Positions 46,728 through 57,501 of a stretch of DNA of 64,000 bases are shown here, piece after piece. Both the position numbers and the translations under genes were made by a program. Each line of letters starts with the position of its first letter. The stretch's first letter is position 1. The notes below the pieces were generated by a model. That model was not told the DNA's origin. It worked only from the letters and a program-made list of their open reading frames with translations, and searched no databases. This stretch comes from Thermomicrobiales bacterium (lineage in GTDB: Bacteria; Chloroflexota; Chloroflexia; Thermomicrobiales; UBA6265): assembly GCA_045804965.1 (NCBI GenBank), contig JBJMMD010000037.1, positions 9,989-73,988 of the forward strand, given 5' to 3'.

Positions 46728-48038
46728 TTAGCGGGCGAACGGTTCCATCGCCATCGGCATTGAGGCCGTGATTGCGGACGTGGGGATGCCGACCGCGGTC
46801 ATCAGCGAACCGGCAATGGCATCGGGCGTGACCGCCGACAGAGCAATCGAATGGTCCAGTGCTTGATTGGCGACATCGCGGACAAGGTCGAGATGTCTCC
46901 ATTCCAACGCGCCGGGCTCGATGAGAAGGACCACTCTGCCATTGACCATGTGTTCAAAAAGGGACGCAGCTCGCTCTAGGTCGTCTTCGCCGGCGATGGT
47001 TTCGATGTGGCGAACCTCACGAGCCATCAATTTCGCGTAGAAGAATGTCGCCAGGATCTTCAAGACCGCTGCCATGGGCACGGCCAGAATCAGGCCCACC
47101 ACCCCGCCCAGTGCCGTGCCGACGACCAATACAAAAATCACGAATAGCGGATGCAAGTGAACGATCCGCCCAATGACCACCGGGATGACGAATGTATCTT
47201 CGAGTTGGCGCATCCCGAAGTAGACGAGGGCGATAACAATCGCCAATGTCCCGTGGCTCCAGCCAAACGGTGTCGAGTCCTGGAAGAGCGATAGGGTGAC
47301 GGCGATCCCGCCTGCCGTCCACGGCCCGATCAACGGAATCAATTCGAGGAAGCCGGTCGCGATCGCCACGAGCAATGCGTATTCCAGATTCAGAATCGAC
47401 AACACCACGAACGAAGTGATCGACATAATGAACACGAGCAAGACCTGGCCGCGAATGTACTTGCCAAGTGTGGTGTTGATGTCAACCAAAAGCCGAACGA
47501 ACTCTCTGTGATAGCGCCGGTTGAGCGCCGAACGGATGGACATCACGAAGCGATCACCGTAGACGATGAAATAGAACGAGGCGACGAGATAGACCAGGAG
47601 CTCGATCGCAACTGAGAAGGTGCCGAGCAAGAAAGGAACGGCTGCCGTGCTGACCATGTCGGCGGCGTTGGCCGCGATCTCGTTGATGCGGGTTTCGAGG
47701 AAGTTCGACTCGAGACCTAGCTGTTGCATACGCTCGCCCTGGTTGTCGTCGAGCCACGTCTGGAATTCAACCACCGCTTCGGGCGATTGGTCTTGGAACT
47801 TCTTGACTTGATCGACCAACGGCGGAACGAGATTGATGGCGAGGATCGTGATCACCAAGCCCATCATGACGTAGAGCCACGTGGTGATGAGATGCTTCGG
47901 CAAGCGAGTCTTACGATGAATGAAGCTGACGAAAGGGTGGAAGATGTAGGCGGTGATGATCGCCCAAGCGAAGGGCTTGATGGCATGCGCGGCTTCGAGC
48001 AGGACAAACAGGCCGGCGATAACGCCGACCCACATCAC
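46728..48038 (-). CDS. AI-2E family transporter (PerM/UPF0118) with a ~100-aa cytoplasmic C-terminal extension
   Basis: Eight-TM layout with the conserved FLELIPLIGPW-type motif (GFLELIPLIGPWTAG). Confidence 0.9.
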   Translation of the reverse strand: MMWVGVIAGLFVLLEAAHAIKPFAWAIITAYIFHPFVSFIHRKTRLPKHLITTWLYVMMGLVITILAINLVPPLVDQVKKFQDQSPEAVVEFQTWLDDNQGERMQQLGLESNFLETRINEIAANAADMVSTAAVPFLLGTFSVAIELLVYLVASFYFIVYGDRFVMSIRSALNRRYHREFVRLLVDINTTLGKYIRGQVLLVFIMSITSFVVLSILNLEYALLVAIATGFLELIPLIGPWTAGGIAVTLSLFQDSTPFGWSHGTLAIVIALVYFGMRQLEDTFVIPVVIGRIVHLHPLFVIFVLVVGTALGGVVGLILAVPMAAVLKILATFFYAKLMAREVRHIETIAGEDDLERAASLFEHMVNGRVVLLIEPGALEWRHLDLVRDVANQALDHSIALSAVTPDAIAGSLMTAVGIPTSAITASMPMAMEPFAR

Positions 48039-48314
48039 AACCGTCCGCGCGTGGCGAGAGGCTTACATCCATCGTTGCAATGCGCCACACCCGGAAATCA
48101 GGTCGCGCCGAACCTCCGTTCCAACCCCTAGTAATTTTGCAGTTGCTCGATTTTAGCATGGGCGGATCGTGGAAAAACCGGTATTGTCCCAAGCCCGTAT
48201 GACATCAGTCATCAAAACTCAAGGTTTTCGGTTCGACATGGTCCTATACTCGCTACCGGCCTATAAACATCCATCAAAAGCAACAACAATCGGCGCTACC
48301 GCTAGAGGAAAGTT

Positions 48315-49418
48315 GTGAAGAGCACATTTCGATTCCCTGGACCGACGCCGTTGCCGCCCGCCGTTTTGGCGGCGATGCAGCGAGAAATGATTCCACATCG
48401 AGGTCCGGCGCTGAAAGCGATGTTTCGCTCGATTGTCGAGCGCACAAAGGTCGTGCATCAAACAGACGGCGATGTGATCGTGTTGCCCGGCTCTGGTTCT
48501 GCTGGTTGGGAAATCGCGGTCACGAACTTGTTCTCGCCTGGAGACCAAGTGATCTGCTTGAATGGCGGCGATTTCGCCGGTCGATTTGGACGGGTCGCGC
48601 AGGCATTTGGTTTGAGCGTGCACACCATTGAAGTGGCGTGGGGTGCGGCGGTGACTCCGGAGCAACTGACGCCGGCGCTCGAACGACACCCCGAAACGAA
48701 GGCCGTTCTCTTCACCCACAACGAAACCTCGACGGGTGTAACGAATCCGCTCCCCGAGATCGCCGCCGTCGCCCGCGCGCACGGGGCACTGGTTGTGGTC
48801 GATGGCGTCAGTTCGGTTGCGGGTCTGCCGCTTCATATGGACGAGTGGGGCGTCGACTTCATATTTTCGGGGTCCCAAAAGGCGCTGATGTGTCCGCCGG
48901 GGTTGGTGATCGCCGCGATAGGACCCCGCGCATGGGACGCATATCAGCAATCGACTTTTCCACGATTCTTCTGGGATTTGGGCTCGGCGCGGAAATCGGC
49001 AGCGGAGGGCATGACGCCCACCACCCCGCCTTTGACCATGCTCTATGCGCTTGACGCCGCGCTCGACATGATCGTGGGCGAGGGAATCGATCGTGTCTAT
49101 GCCCGCCATCGCGAACTTGGTGACTTGACACGTGCAGGATTGCAATCGCTTGGGCTACAATTATTTGCAGACTTGCCTTATGCATCGAATACCGTGACTT
49201 CATTCCTGCCGCCGCCATTGTCGACGGCGCAGGACGTTATCCGCGAAATGCGAGATCGTCACGGAATCGACGTTCAAGGAGGTCAAGGGGCCTACGCGGA
49301 CGCGATGATTCGCGTTGGGCATATGGGATGGGTTGATCGAGAAGATATCGAGATCACCGTTGAAGCCCTTGGAAGCGTGGTGGAAACACTGCGAACGGCG
49401 GCAGAAGCGAGCGCATAG
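48315..49418 (+). CDS. Class V aminotransferase (serine-pyruvate / alanine-glyoxylate aminotransferase-like)
   Basis: The PLP-lysine motif SGSQKALMCPPG and the overall AGXT-family pattern support the call. GTG start after GAGGAAAG. Confidence 0.9.
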   Translation: MKSTFRFPGPTPLPPAVLAAMQREMIPHRGPALKAMFRSIVERTKVVHQTDGDVIVLPGSGSAGWEIAVTNLFSPGDQVICLNGGDFAGRFGRVAQAFGLSVHTIEVAWGAAVTPEQLTPALERHPETKAVLFTHNETSTGVTNPLPEIAAVARAHGALVVVDGVSSVAGLPLHMDEWGVDFIFSGSQKALMCPPGLVIAAIGPRAWDAYQQSTFPRFFWDLGSARKSAAEGMTPTTPPLTMLYALDAALDMIVGEGIDRVYARHRELGDLTRAGLQSLGLQLFADLPYASNTVTSFLPPPLSTAQDVIREMRDRHGIDVQGGQGAYADAMIRVGHMGWVDREDIEITVEALGSVVETLRTAAEASA

Positions 49419-49447
49419 TTCTCTCGTGCAAAAAGCAAAGAGTTCTG

Positions 49448-49476
49448 TTGCGTTCATTACCCTGCACCGCTATACT
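49448..49476 (+). promoter_or_regulatory. Sigma70-type promoter upstream of rpsA
   Basis: TTGCGT (49448..49453), 17-nt spacer, TATACT (49471..49476). Confidence 0.5.
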
Positions 49477-49567
49477 CGTCGTCACGGCTCTTCACGGCGG
49501 AGAGGGTATTTTTTGCCCATTGAATCTGGAAGAGTACCGGTACGTCCGTTGGTTTTAGGGATGGTGT

Positions 49568-51490
49568 ATGGAAGGTACGGTTTTTAGCGAGCAGGGGGAC
49601 GCTGCCCGTGAGGGCGAGATCGAAGCGGTGACGCAGAACCAAGATGCTCCCGCGGAAATCGAAAGTGCCTCGCTCAACGAAGGCGCCTCACTCGAAAACG
49701 GCGACGCGCCGACAGGCGAGACGGTTGTCGAAGGGGACGGCGTCACGTCCGAACGCGATGCTTCATTGAGCAACGGCGGAATGCCACCGGTCGACGAAGT
49801 GACGGCCGAAAGCGCAAGCGCCGTCGATGAAGAACCCGCTCTCGAAAACGCAAGTGCTCCTGTAGACGAGCCCACCGCGGAAATCGATGGCGCTTCGCTC
49901 ATGGAGCAATATCTCAACGATCCCAGCCACGACTACAAGACTCTGAAATATGGGGACGTTGTCGATGGCACGATCATGCGCATCGATCGGGACGAACTCC
50001 TGATCGACATTGGCTCCAAATCCGAAGGGATCGTGCCTTCGCGCGAATTCTCCAGTCTTTCCTCCGAGGAAAAGAGCGCACTCGGGGTGGGCGACAACGT
50101 GCTCGTGTTCGTTGTCCAACCGGAAAACCAAGAAGGGCACGCGGTCGTCAGCATCGATCGCGCTCGACAGGAAAAGAGCTGGCGTAAACTGCAAGAAATC
50201 TACGAAGCGAATGAGGTCATCGAGGCCGAGGTCACCAATTACAACAAGGGTGGTCTTTTGGTCAATCTCGATGGCGTACGCGGGTTCGTCCCCGCATCGC
50301 AAGTTTCGGAGATTCGTGGTGGCGACGAAGCGAGCAAGCAAGCCGATATGGCGCGCTTGATCGGAAGCTCGCTGCCGCTCAAAGTCATTGAAATCAACCG
50401 CCATCGCAATCGGCTGATTCTTTCCGAACGCCAGGCGATACAAGAGCGCCGCGACGTGATGAAGGAGCGGCTGATCGAGGAGCTCAAGGAAGGCGAAATA
50501 CGCCGCGGACGGGTTTCCTCGATTTGCGATTTCGGCGCGTTTGTCGATATTGGGGGTGCGGACGGGCTCGTACACCTTTCCGAACTGTCATGGAGTCGCG
50601 TGCGGCATCCAGGCGAAGTGCTCAAGGTCGGTCAAGAGGTCGACGTCTACGTCCTGGGCATCAATCCCCAGGAAAAGAAGATCGCCCTTTCGATCAAGCG
50701 CACGCAGGCTGAGCCTTGGAGCCGGGTGGCGGCGAAGTACGAAGTTGGGCAGCTGGTCCGTGGGGTCGTCACACAGCTCGCCAATTTCGGTGCGTTCGCC
50801 CGGATTGAGGATGGGATCGAAGGACTCATCCACGTTTCGGAGCTGGCCGACGAGCGGATTACGCATCCGAAGCAGGTCGTCCGCGAAGGTCAGGAGCTGT
50901 TGCTCCGGATCATCCGGATCGATCCTGAGCGCCGTCGTATGGGTCTGAGCCTGCGGCGAGCGCTTGACACGCCGGACACGGAACTTATTGCCGTCTTTGG
51001 CGAAGATGTGCTGGAAGAACGCGATCGCATCGTGCAACAAATCCGCGAGGCGCTCGAAGCTGAAGGCATCGACATGAGCGCCCCAATCGAAGCGCCCGGG
51101 GCGGAAACAGCTGAGACGAACGAGCTAACCGAAGCGACTGAAGTGGCTGCCGAAGCTGAAGGCGCGGTCGCAACGGAAGAGGCGCCGGCCGCAGAACCGG
51201 CTGAGGCCGAGTCTTCGGAGGAGCAGACGGCGGAAGCGCCAACAACTGAGGCTTCACAGGCCGAAGAAGCGGGCGACGAACCAAAGTCAGCGCCGAAAAC
51301 CACGACGCGGAAGCGCAGCGCCGCGAAGGCGGCTGAAATCCCAGAAGATCTTGACGGCGAACCGTTGTCGGCAATGGCAATGGCGTTCGCGATGGCCGCG
51401 CCCGATCTCGTCGTCGGCGATGAAGCAGAGGCTGGGTCTGAGCCAGCGGATACGCCGGCGAAAAATGGTGGCGAGGAGCGTGGAGCCTAA
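49568..51490 (+). CDS. rpsA: 30S ribosomal protein S1 (four S1 domains) with acidic N- and C-terminal low-complexity extensions
   Basis: Four S1/OB repeats are recognisable (GDVVDGTIMRI..., VIEAEVTNYNKGGLLV, GEIRRGRVSSICDFGAFVDIG, GQLVRGVVTQLANFGAFARIE). They are flanked by ~115 N-terminal and ~150 C-terminal residues rich in Glu/Ala/Pro/Thr. Confidence 0.93.
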   Translation: MEGTVFSEQGDAAREGEIEAVTQNQDAPAEIESASLNEGASLENGDAPTGETVVEGDGVTSERDASLSNGGMPPVDEVTAESASAVDEEPALENASAPVDEPTAEIDGASLMEQYLNDPSHDYKTLKYGDVVDGTIMRIDRDELLIDIGSKSEGIVPSREFSSLSSEEKSALGVGDNVLVFVVQPENQEGHAVVSIDRARQEKSWRKLQEIYEANEVIEAEVTNYNKGGLLVNLDGVRGFVPASQVSEIRGGDEASKQADMARLIGSSLPLKVIEINRHRNRLILSERQAIQERRDVMKERLIEELKEGEIRRGRVSSICDFGAFVDIGGADGLVHLSELSWSRVRHPGEVLKVGQEVDVYVLGINPQEKKIALSIKRTQAEPWSRVAAKYEVGQLVRGVVTQLANFGAFARIEDGIEGLIHVSELADERITHPKQVVREGQELLLRIIRIDPERRRMGLSLRRALDTPDTELIAVFGEDVLEERDRIVQQIREALEAEGIDMSAPIEAPGAETAETNELTEATEVAAEAEGAVATEEAPAAEPAEAESSEEQTAEAPTTEASQAEEAGDEPKSAPKTTTRKRSAAKAAEIPEDLDGEPLSAMAMAFAMAAPDLVVGDEAEAGSEPADTPAKNGGEERGA

Positions 51491-51560
51491 GCCGCAGGCG
51501 GGCCACTTTGGCCAGCAATCGCCTGGCCAGGTTCTTGCACATAGGGGTTCGGACGAAATG

Positions 51561-51593
51561 ACAGCGGCAGGAGCATTTCGCTCCTGCCGCTGT
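51561..51593 (+). terminator. 14-bp perfect hairpin after rpsA
   Basis: ACAGCGGCAGGAGC (51561..51574), loop ATTTC, GCTCCTGCCGCTGT (51580..51593), followed by TGCC. The U-tract is weak. Confidence 0.65.
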
Positions 51594-51739
51594 TGCCATC
51601 ACGACGAATCGCGGAAGGAATACTATGGTGAGAGAAAAGACCGTACGTCCAGGGGACTATCCGAATTCGTAGATTTGAAGTAGAAACGTATCGAGAGGGA
51701 TCGCCGGGTGGTGGTCCCAGGGCACTGGGAGAGCCAAGG

Positions 51740-54193
51740 ATGGCGGAAAAATTCGACAAATTCACCGAACGGGCCCGCAAGGTCCTTCAGCTCGCCCAAG
51801 AAGAAGCCCACCGCTTCAACCATAACTACATCGGCACCGAGCACTTGCTCTTGGGGCTCGTGCGCGAGGGCGATGGCGTCGCAGCCCGGGTGTTGGGCAA
51901 TATGGGCGTGCAATTACCCAAGGTGCGCTCGGCGGTGGAGTTCATCATCGGCCGGGGCGAGCAAGCGCCGATGGGGGAGATCGGGCTCACCCCCCGGGCC
52001 AAGAAAGTGCTCGAGCTGGCGATCGATGAAGCGCGGCGCCTCAACCATCACTACATCGGCACCGAGCACTTGCTGCTGGGGCTGGTCCGCGAAGGCGAAG
52101 GGATCGCCGCGGGCGTGCTCGAAAGTCTGGGCGTGAATCTGGAGAAGGTGCGCGCCCAAGTGATGCAGGTCGTCAACCAGAGTTCGAGCTACAGCCAAAG
52201 TAAGACTCAGACGAAAACTCCATACATGGACGCACTCGGATTCGATCTTACCGAGGCGGCCAGAATGAACAAACTGGGACCGCTCATCGGGCGAGAAACC
52301 GAGGTTAATCGGGTGATGCAAATTCTCACCCGGCGCACCAAGAACAATCCGGCACTCATCGGCGAGCCTGGTGTTGGCAAGACAGCCATCGTCGAAGGCC
52401 TCGCGCAGCGGATTATTTCCGGGGATGTGCCCGAGCAGCTTCAGAATAAACGGCTGATCTCGCTCGATATCGGCGCCCTCGTTGCCGGCACGAAATATCG
52501 AGGCGAATTCGAAGAGCGCTTGAAAAAGATCGTGGCCGAGGTCAAAGAGACCGCCAGCATCCTCTTCATCGATGAGCTGCACACGCTCGTCGGAGCCGGC
52601 GCAGCGGAAGGCGCGGTTGATGCCGCGAATATCCTCAAGCCAGCGCTCTCCCGCGGTGAACTGCAGACGATTGGGGCGACGACACTCGACGAGTACCGCA
52701 AGTACATCGAGCGCGACGCGGCCCTCGAGCGGCGCTTCCAGCCCGTTCAGGTCGATGAGCCGAGCGTCGAGGAATCGATTCAGATTCTCACCGGTGTGCG
52801 CAGCCTCTATGAAGACCATCACAAGCTGAAGATCAGCGATGACGCGATCAAGGCCGCGGCCTCGATGGCCGCGCGCTATATCACCGACCGCTTCATGCCG
52901 GACAAAGCCATCGACCTGATCGACGAGGCCGCTTCGCGCGTGCGGATGAACCGATCGCAATCGCCGCCGAGCCTGAAAGAGGCCAAAGCCGGATTGCAAT
53001 CGCTCCAGCGCGAGCTGGAAGCCGCGGTTTCGAGCCAGGAATTCGAATTAGCGGCCGAGTTGCGCGACCGCGAACGAAAACTGCGCGACCGCATCGATTC
53101 GCAGCAGCAAGATCTTCAGGACACGACCGCCAGCGATGAGACATATGTGACCGAAGAAGACATCGCGCAGGTTGTAGCGATGTGGACCGGAATTCCGGTG
53201 ACGCGTATCGCGGGCGAAGAGTCAGAGCGCTTGCTGAAGATGGAGGAAGATCTCCATCGCCGGATTATCGGTCAGGACGAAGCGATCACGACGCTGGCGA
53301 AGGCGGTTCGACGGGCACGAGCGGGATTGAAGGATCCCCGGCGGCCGATCGGGTCGTTCATCTTCCTCGGCCCAACAGGTGTCGGGAAGACGCTGGTCGC
53401 CAAGGCGTTGGCCGAGTTCATGTTCGGTTCGGAAGCACACCTCATCAAGATCGACATGTCGGAGTTCATGGAGCGCCATTCGGTCGCGAGGCTCGTGGGC
53501 GCGCCTCCGGGCTACGTCGGTTACGAAGAAGGCGGTCAGTTGACAGAAGCCGTCCGCCGCAAGTCGTACTCCGTGATCTTGCTGGACGAGATCGAGAAGG
53601 CCCATTCCGAAGCCTTCAACATGCTCCTCCAGATAATGGAGGATGGCAACCTCGCCGACGCTAAAGGCCGCAAGGTCGATTTCCGCAACACGATCATCAT
53701 CATGACCTCGAATGTGGGAGCCGATCAGATTAGCCGCGACATGACGATGGGATTCAGCTTCAAGGAAGATCAAGACCGGGCCAAGCGGCGCGAATACGAT
53801 CAGATGCGCGACAAAGTCATGAGTCAGCTGAAGCAGACGTTCAGGCCTGAATTCTTGAACCGTATCGACGCCACGATCGTGTTCCATTCGTTGACGCCGG
53901 AGGAGATCCGCCAGATCGTCGAGCTCGAGCTCAAACGCGTCCGACAGCAACTGTCGGAACAGGAGATCGAACTCGAAATCACGACCGAGGCGATGGACTT
54001 CCTGGCGGAACGGGGTTACGACCACACGTACGGCGCGCGGCCGCTGCGACGGATTATTCAGAACTTGATCGAAGATCCGCTCGCCGAAGGCTTGCTAAAC
54101 AGCCGCTACCTGCCAAACTCGAAGATACGCGTTGAGATCGAAGACGATCTCCTGAAGCTCTCGCCAATCGAGGAATTAGCGGTCGTTTCGTAG
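51740..54193 (+). CDS. clpC: ATP-dependent Clp protease ATP-binding subunit ClpC
   Basis: Shows duplicated Clp_N repeats ([17 protein letters not shown] twice), two AAA+ modules (GEPGVGKT; GPTGVGKT) and a UVR-like linker ([16 protein letters not shown]). 817 aa. Confidence 0.95.
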   Translation: MAEKFDKFTERARKVLQLAQEEAHRFNHNYIGTEHLLLGLVREGDGVAARVLGNMGVQLPKVRSAVEFIIGRGEQAPMGEIGLTPRAKKVLELAIDEARRLNHHYIGTEHLLLGLVREGEGIAAGVLESLGVNLEKVRAQVMQVVNQSSSYSQSKTQTKTPYMDALGFDLTEAARMNKLGPLIGRETEVNRVMQILTRRTKNNPALIGEPGVGKTAIVEGLAQRIISGDVPEQLQNKRLISLDIGALVAGTKYRGEFEERLKKIVAEVKETASILFIDELHTLVGAGAAEGAVDAANILKPALSRGELQTIGATTLDEYRKYIERDAALERRFQPVQVDEPSVEESIQILTGVRSLYEDHHKLKISDDAIKAAASMAARYITDRFMPDKAIDLIDEAASRVRMNRSQSPPSLKEAKAGLQSLQRELEAAVSSQEFELAAELRDRERKLRDRIDSQQQDLQDTTASDETYVTEEDIAQVVAMWTGIPVTRIAGEESERLLKMEEDLHRRIIGQDEAITTLAKAVRRARAGLKDPRRPIGSFIFLGPTGVGKTLVAKALAEFMFGSEAHLIKIDMSEFMERHSVARLVGAPPGYVGYEEGGQLTEAVRRKSYSVILLDEIEKAHSEAFNMLLQIMEDGNLADAKGRKVDFRNTIIIMTSNVGADQISRDMTMGFSFKEDQDRAKRREYDQMRDKVMSQLKQTFRPEFLNRIDATIVFHSLTPEEIRQIVELELKRVRQQLSEQEIELEITTEAMDFLAERGYDHTYGARPLRRIIQNLIEDPLAEGLLNSRYLPNSKIRVEIEDDLLKLSPIEELAVVS

Positions 54194-54224
54194 GCGGCTA
54201 GGCCAGTCATCACAAGCATAGGAT

Positions 54225-54254
54225 CGAGGGGGATGGCGCTGACTATCCCCCTCG
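54225..54254 (+). terminator. Hairpin after clpC
   Basis: CGAGGGGGAT (54225..54234), 10-nt loop, ATCCCCCTCG (54245..54254). No U-tract, so it could also be an attenuator or processing site upstream of radA. Confidence 0.45.
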
Positions 54255-54306
54255 GCGCGTTCCTGAGATATTCGCAACAGTTGTTGCCTAGACGAGAATG
54301 TGATCC

Positions 54307-55671
54307 ATGCCGAAAACGAAGACGAGCTTTGTTTGCCAGCAATGTGGGGCGGTGAGTCCTGCCTATCTCGGACGCTGCCCATCGTGCGGGTCGTGGAACT
54401 CGATGGTCGAAACCATCGAAGAACGTCGGGCGCAGGGCGCAAGGCGCTCGTCGAGAGTCACCGAGCGAGCTCAGCGGTTGAGCGAGATCGGCATGTCCGA
54501 AAGCGATCGCCACATCGTGCCGATTGACGAGTTGAATCGTGTGCTCGGCGGCGGTCTTGTGCCGGGATCGCTGGTGTTGATTGGCGGCGATCCGGGCATT
54601 GGCAAATCCACGCTCGTGCTCCAAGCTGCTTCAACTCTGGCGGAGACGACGGGCCCCGTGCTTTATGTCTCGGCGGAAGAGTCGGCGCAGCAGATCAAGC
54701 TGCGCGCCGATCGCTTGGGATTGAAAAGCGAAGACATCCTCGTGCTCTCCGAAACGAACTTGGACGAGATCCTCAACGCTGCCGACGCGCATAACCCAGG
54801 TCTGCTCATCATTGACTCGATCCAGACGGTCTATGTTGAGGAGATCAGCTCAGCAGCGGGAAGCGTGTCACAAGTGCGTGATTGCACATCGCGCCTCATG
54901 CAATGGGCGAAACCGAAGAATGTTCCCGTACTCATCATCGGTCACGTGACGAAGGAAGGAACGATCGCCGGTCCTCGCGTGCTCGAGCACATGGTCGACG
55001 CGGTGCTCTACCTCGAAGGGGATCGGTATCACCAATATCGCATCCTTCGAGCGGTCAAGAACCGGTTCGGTTCGACGGATGAAGTCGGCGTGTTCGAGAT
55101 GGCTGATGCGGGTTTGCGCGAAGTCAGAAATCCTTCTGAAGCGTTCTTGGAAGAGCGCTCCAGCAACGCAGCCGGTTCGACAGTCGCCGTCACAATGGAA
55201 GGCACCCGCCCGATTCTCGTGGAGGTCCAGGCATTGACTACCGCCACCGCGTTCGGGCTCCCGAGGCGAAGCGCAAACGGCGTGGAAAGCAACCGGCTGC
55301 AATTGTTGGTTGCCGTTCTCCAGAAGCGGGTCGGCCTTTCCCTTGGCGGGCAGGATATCTACGCCAATGTTGTCGGTGGCCTTCATATTGCCGAGCCTGC
55401 CGCCGATCTTGCGATTGCGCTCGCCGTCGCCTCGAGTTTTCGGGATCAACAGGTCGATGCGCGCACGGTCGCGGTTGGCGAGATTGGTCTCTCGGGAGAG
55501 CTCCGTTCCGTCAACCAACTGGAAAAGCGATTGACTGAAGCTCGACGACTCGGATTCAGCCGTGTGATCGTGCCGCCGTCACTGGGCCGTCGCGGTGCGG
55601 CATACGGCGAAGGCTTAGACCTCGTTCGGGTTAGCTCCGTTGGTGAAGCGATCGACGCAGTCTTGACCTAG
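54307..55671 (+). CDS. radA: DNA repair protein RadA (Sms)
   Basis: Shows the N-terminal zinc finger CQQCG...CPSCGSWNS, Walker A GGDPGIGKST, the KNRFG motif and a C-terminal Lon-protease-like domain. Confidence 0.95.
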   Translation: MPKTKTSFVCQQCGAVSPAYLGRCPSCGSWNSMVETIEERRAQGARRSSRVTERAQRLSEIGMSESDRHIVPIDELNRVLGGGLVPGSLVLIGGDPGIGKSTLVLQAASTLAETTGPVLYVSAEESAQQIKLRADRLGLKSEDILVLSETNLDEILNAADAHNPGLLIIDSIQTVYVEEISSAAGSVSQVRDCTSRLMQWAKPKNVPVLIIGHVTKEGTIAGPRVLEHMVDAVLYLEGDRYHQYRILRAVKNRFGSTDEVGVFEMADAGLREVRNPSEAFLEERSSNAAGSTVAVTMEGTRPILVEVQALTTATAFGLPRRSANGVESNRLQLLVAVLQKRVGLSLGGQDIYANVVGGLHIAEPAADLAIALAVASSFRDQQVDARTVAVGEIGLSGELRSVNQLEKRLTEARRLGFSRVIVPPSLGRRGAAYGEGLDLVRVSSVGEAIDAVLT

Positions 55672-56786
55672 CGAGCGGTCGCGAGAGACAAGATGACGTC
55701 TGTGAGTTGTTCCGCGGCATCTCGACGTCCGACCGCTTTCGCCTTTTCCCCCATTTGCGATCGCTCGTTCGGGTTGCCGGCGAGCCTTTCGAGCAAATAG
55801 GTGAGACTTGACGGATTAACCTCAGATTGTTCAAAAACAATCGCGCCCCCGGCGTTCGATAAGACCGTTGCGTTCATCCGCTGTTCGTCTCGGCTCGTTC
55901 CGGCAAGAGGGATCAAGATCGAAGGCTTGCCGAGATAAGCGAGCTCCGCGACTGTGCCAGCCCCGGCTCGACCGAGAACGAGCGATGCGGCGGCGTAGAC
56001 ATCCGGCAATTCGTCTCCGACGAACTCCGTAACGTAGTAGCGAGAGCGAAGTTCGTCCGGCCACGTCGACTGCACATTTCTCATTGATTGCGCGTCGTCG
56101 TTAGCGCTCGCGGGCCCGGTTTGGTGGAGAATCTGCCATCTTTCAAGCAGCGTCGGGAGCATTTGACCGACCAACCGGTTGATAGGACTTGCTCCGCGGG
56201 CGCCACCAGTCACGTAAAGCAACGGAAGTTCGGACGAGAATCCAAAGCGATCTCGCGCTCGTTGGGCGTCAGCATGATCGAATGAAGGTCGGATTGCATT
56301 TCCGGTGATGACGGTTCGACCCCGCCACCGACCGGCATATTTCGCGGTCTCTTCGTATGACACCGCCAAAACATCTGCGAACCGTGTATTGATCTGCGTG
56401 GCAAGACCTAAGACTGCGGTCTGTTCATGCGTGATGATTGGCGCGATGCGCGACCCGGCAATGACGGTCGGCACGCTTACAAATCCACCGGTGCTGAAAA
56501 TCACGTCAGGTCGAAAATGCCGAAGAATCTTCCATGCTTGCACGGTTCCAACCGGAAATCGAATGGCATCGCTCACGGTTTTCAGGGAAAAGTACCGGCG
56601 TAGTTTGCCGGTCTGAATTGAATGGAATGTAACTCTAGCCCTTCGCGCCGCGTCGGCCTCGACGCCCGCATCACTCCCGATCCAGAGCCAATCGGCGCTA
56701 ATATCACGCTTGTTGAACTCTTCGATGACTGCTAGCGCGGGCAGGCAGTGACCCCCGGTTCCACCTCCGGCGATGACAATTCTCAC
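55668..56786 (-). CDS. murG: MurG-type UDP-N-acetylglucosamine:lipid I N-acetylglucosaminyltransferase
   Basis: Shows IVIAGGGTGGHCLPALAV, HEQTAVLG and a GT28 C-terminal domain (GRAGAGTVAELAYLGKPSILIP). It stands alone rather than in a dcw cluster. GTG start. Confidence 0.8.
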   Translation of the reverse strand: MRIVIAGGGTGGHCLPALAVIEEFNKRDISADWLWIGSDAGVEADAARRARVTFHSIQTGKLRRYFSLKTVSDAIRFPVGTVQAWKILRHFRPDVIFSTGGFVSVPTVIAGSRIAPIITHEQTAVLGLATQINTRFADVLAVSYEETAKYAGRWRGRTVITGNAIRPSFDHADAQRARDRFGFSSELPLLYVTGGARGASPINRLVGQMLPTLLERWQILHQTGPASANDDAQSMRNVQSTWPDELRSRYYVTEFVGDELPDVYAAASLVLGRAGAGTVAELAYLGKPSILIPLAGTSRDEQRMNATVLSNAGGAIVFEQSEVNPSSLTYLLERLAGNPNERSQMGEKAKAVGRRDAAEQLTDVILSLATAR

Positions 56787-57089
56787 CGTTCAGGTCTCCC
56801 ACATCCTCAATCGGGCGATTGCACAGGAAATGCGTATGTCGAGAGCGTGCATGGTCCGCACCTGCCCGTCATGTGAGAGATCGAATAGGTTGTCTGCTTA
56901 CGCAGTATAACCGCGCGAGCAACTTGAACGGCCACGTGGACGAGGGTTGGCAGCCTTGATCGATGTGCTACCATCGTCGCTGCCTCGCACGAAGACCTGC
57001 CGCAAACGAAGCGCGAGCTCTGTGCGTCACACTGCAGATGCGTCATGTGCGGCATGAGAGGAATTGGCCGGAATTTGAAGGAACAAGCT

Positions 57090-57479
57090 ATGGAAAAGGC
57101 GAAATTAAAGGACCTCAAAGTCGCGCTTGAAGCGCGCCGCACGGTACTCCTGGAAGACCTTCAGCGCCTGGACCAGGAAATGCAGTGGCTCGGCGATGAC
57201 CAAAGCAATGAGCGTGGAGGATTAGGCAATCATCTCGGAGATGACGGCAGTAGCGTCATGGAGCAAGAGCGGATTTCCACCGTCAGCGCTGATCTTCATG
57301 ATGTTTTACAGCAGGTGAATGGAGCGCTGGAGCGGATGAACCAAGGCACGTATGGAACTTGCCAGCGATGCGGCAAGGAGATTGGCGAAGAACGTCTCGA
57401 AGCCTTTCCCTATGTGACCTATTGCATAGAATGTCAGTCATACTTGGAACGGCAACACGCGCTTCGCAGCTCAACTTAG
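57090..57479 (+). CDS. DksA/TraR-family C4 zinc-finger protein (YlyA/YteA-like)
   Basis: A coiled-coil N-terminus is followed by CQRCGKEIGEERLEAFPYVTYCIECQ. It lies directly upstream of lspA-rluD, as with Bacillus ylyA. Start at the ATG at 57090. Confidence 0.85.
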   Translation: MEKAKLKDLKVALEARRTVLLEDLQRLDQEMQWLGDDQSNERGGLGNHLGDDGSSVMEQERISTVSADLHDVLQQVNGALERMNQGTYGTCQRCGKEIGEERLEAFPYVTYCIECQSYLERQHALRSST

Positions 57480-57501
57480 GCATCCAGCGAGGATCGCTTC
57501 C

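Noticed and set aside
51914-54025. Two long minus-strand ORFs (51914..52999, 361 aa; 53222..54025, 267 aa) antisense to clpC
   Set aside because: Both lie entirely inside clpC, whose plus-strand frame carries Clp_N and double AAA+ signatures. The antisense products have no recognisable features.
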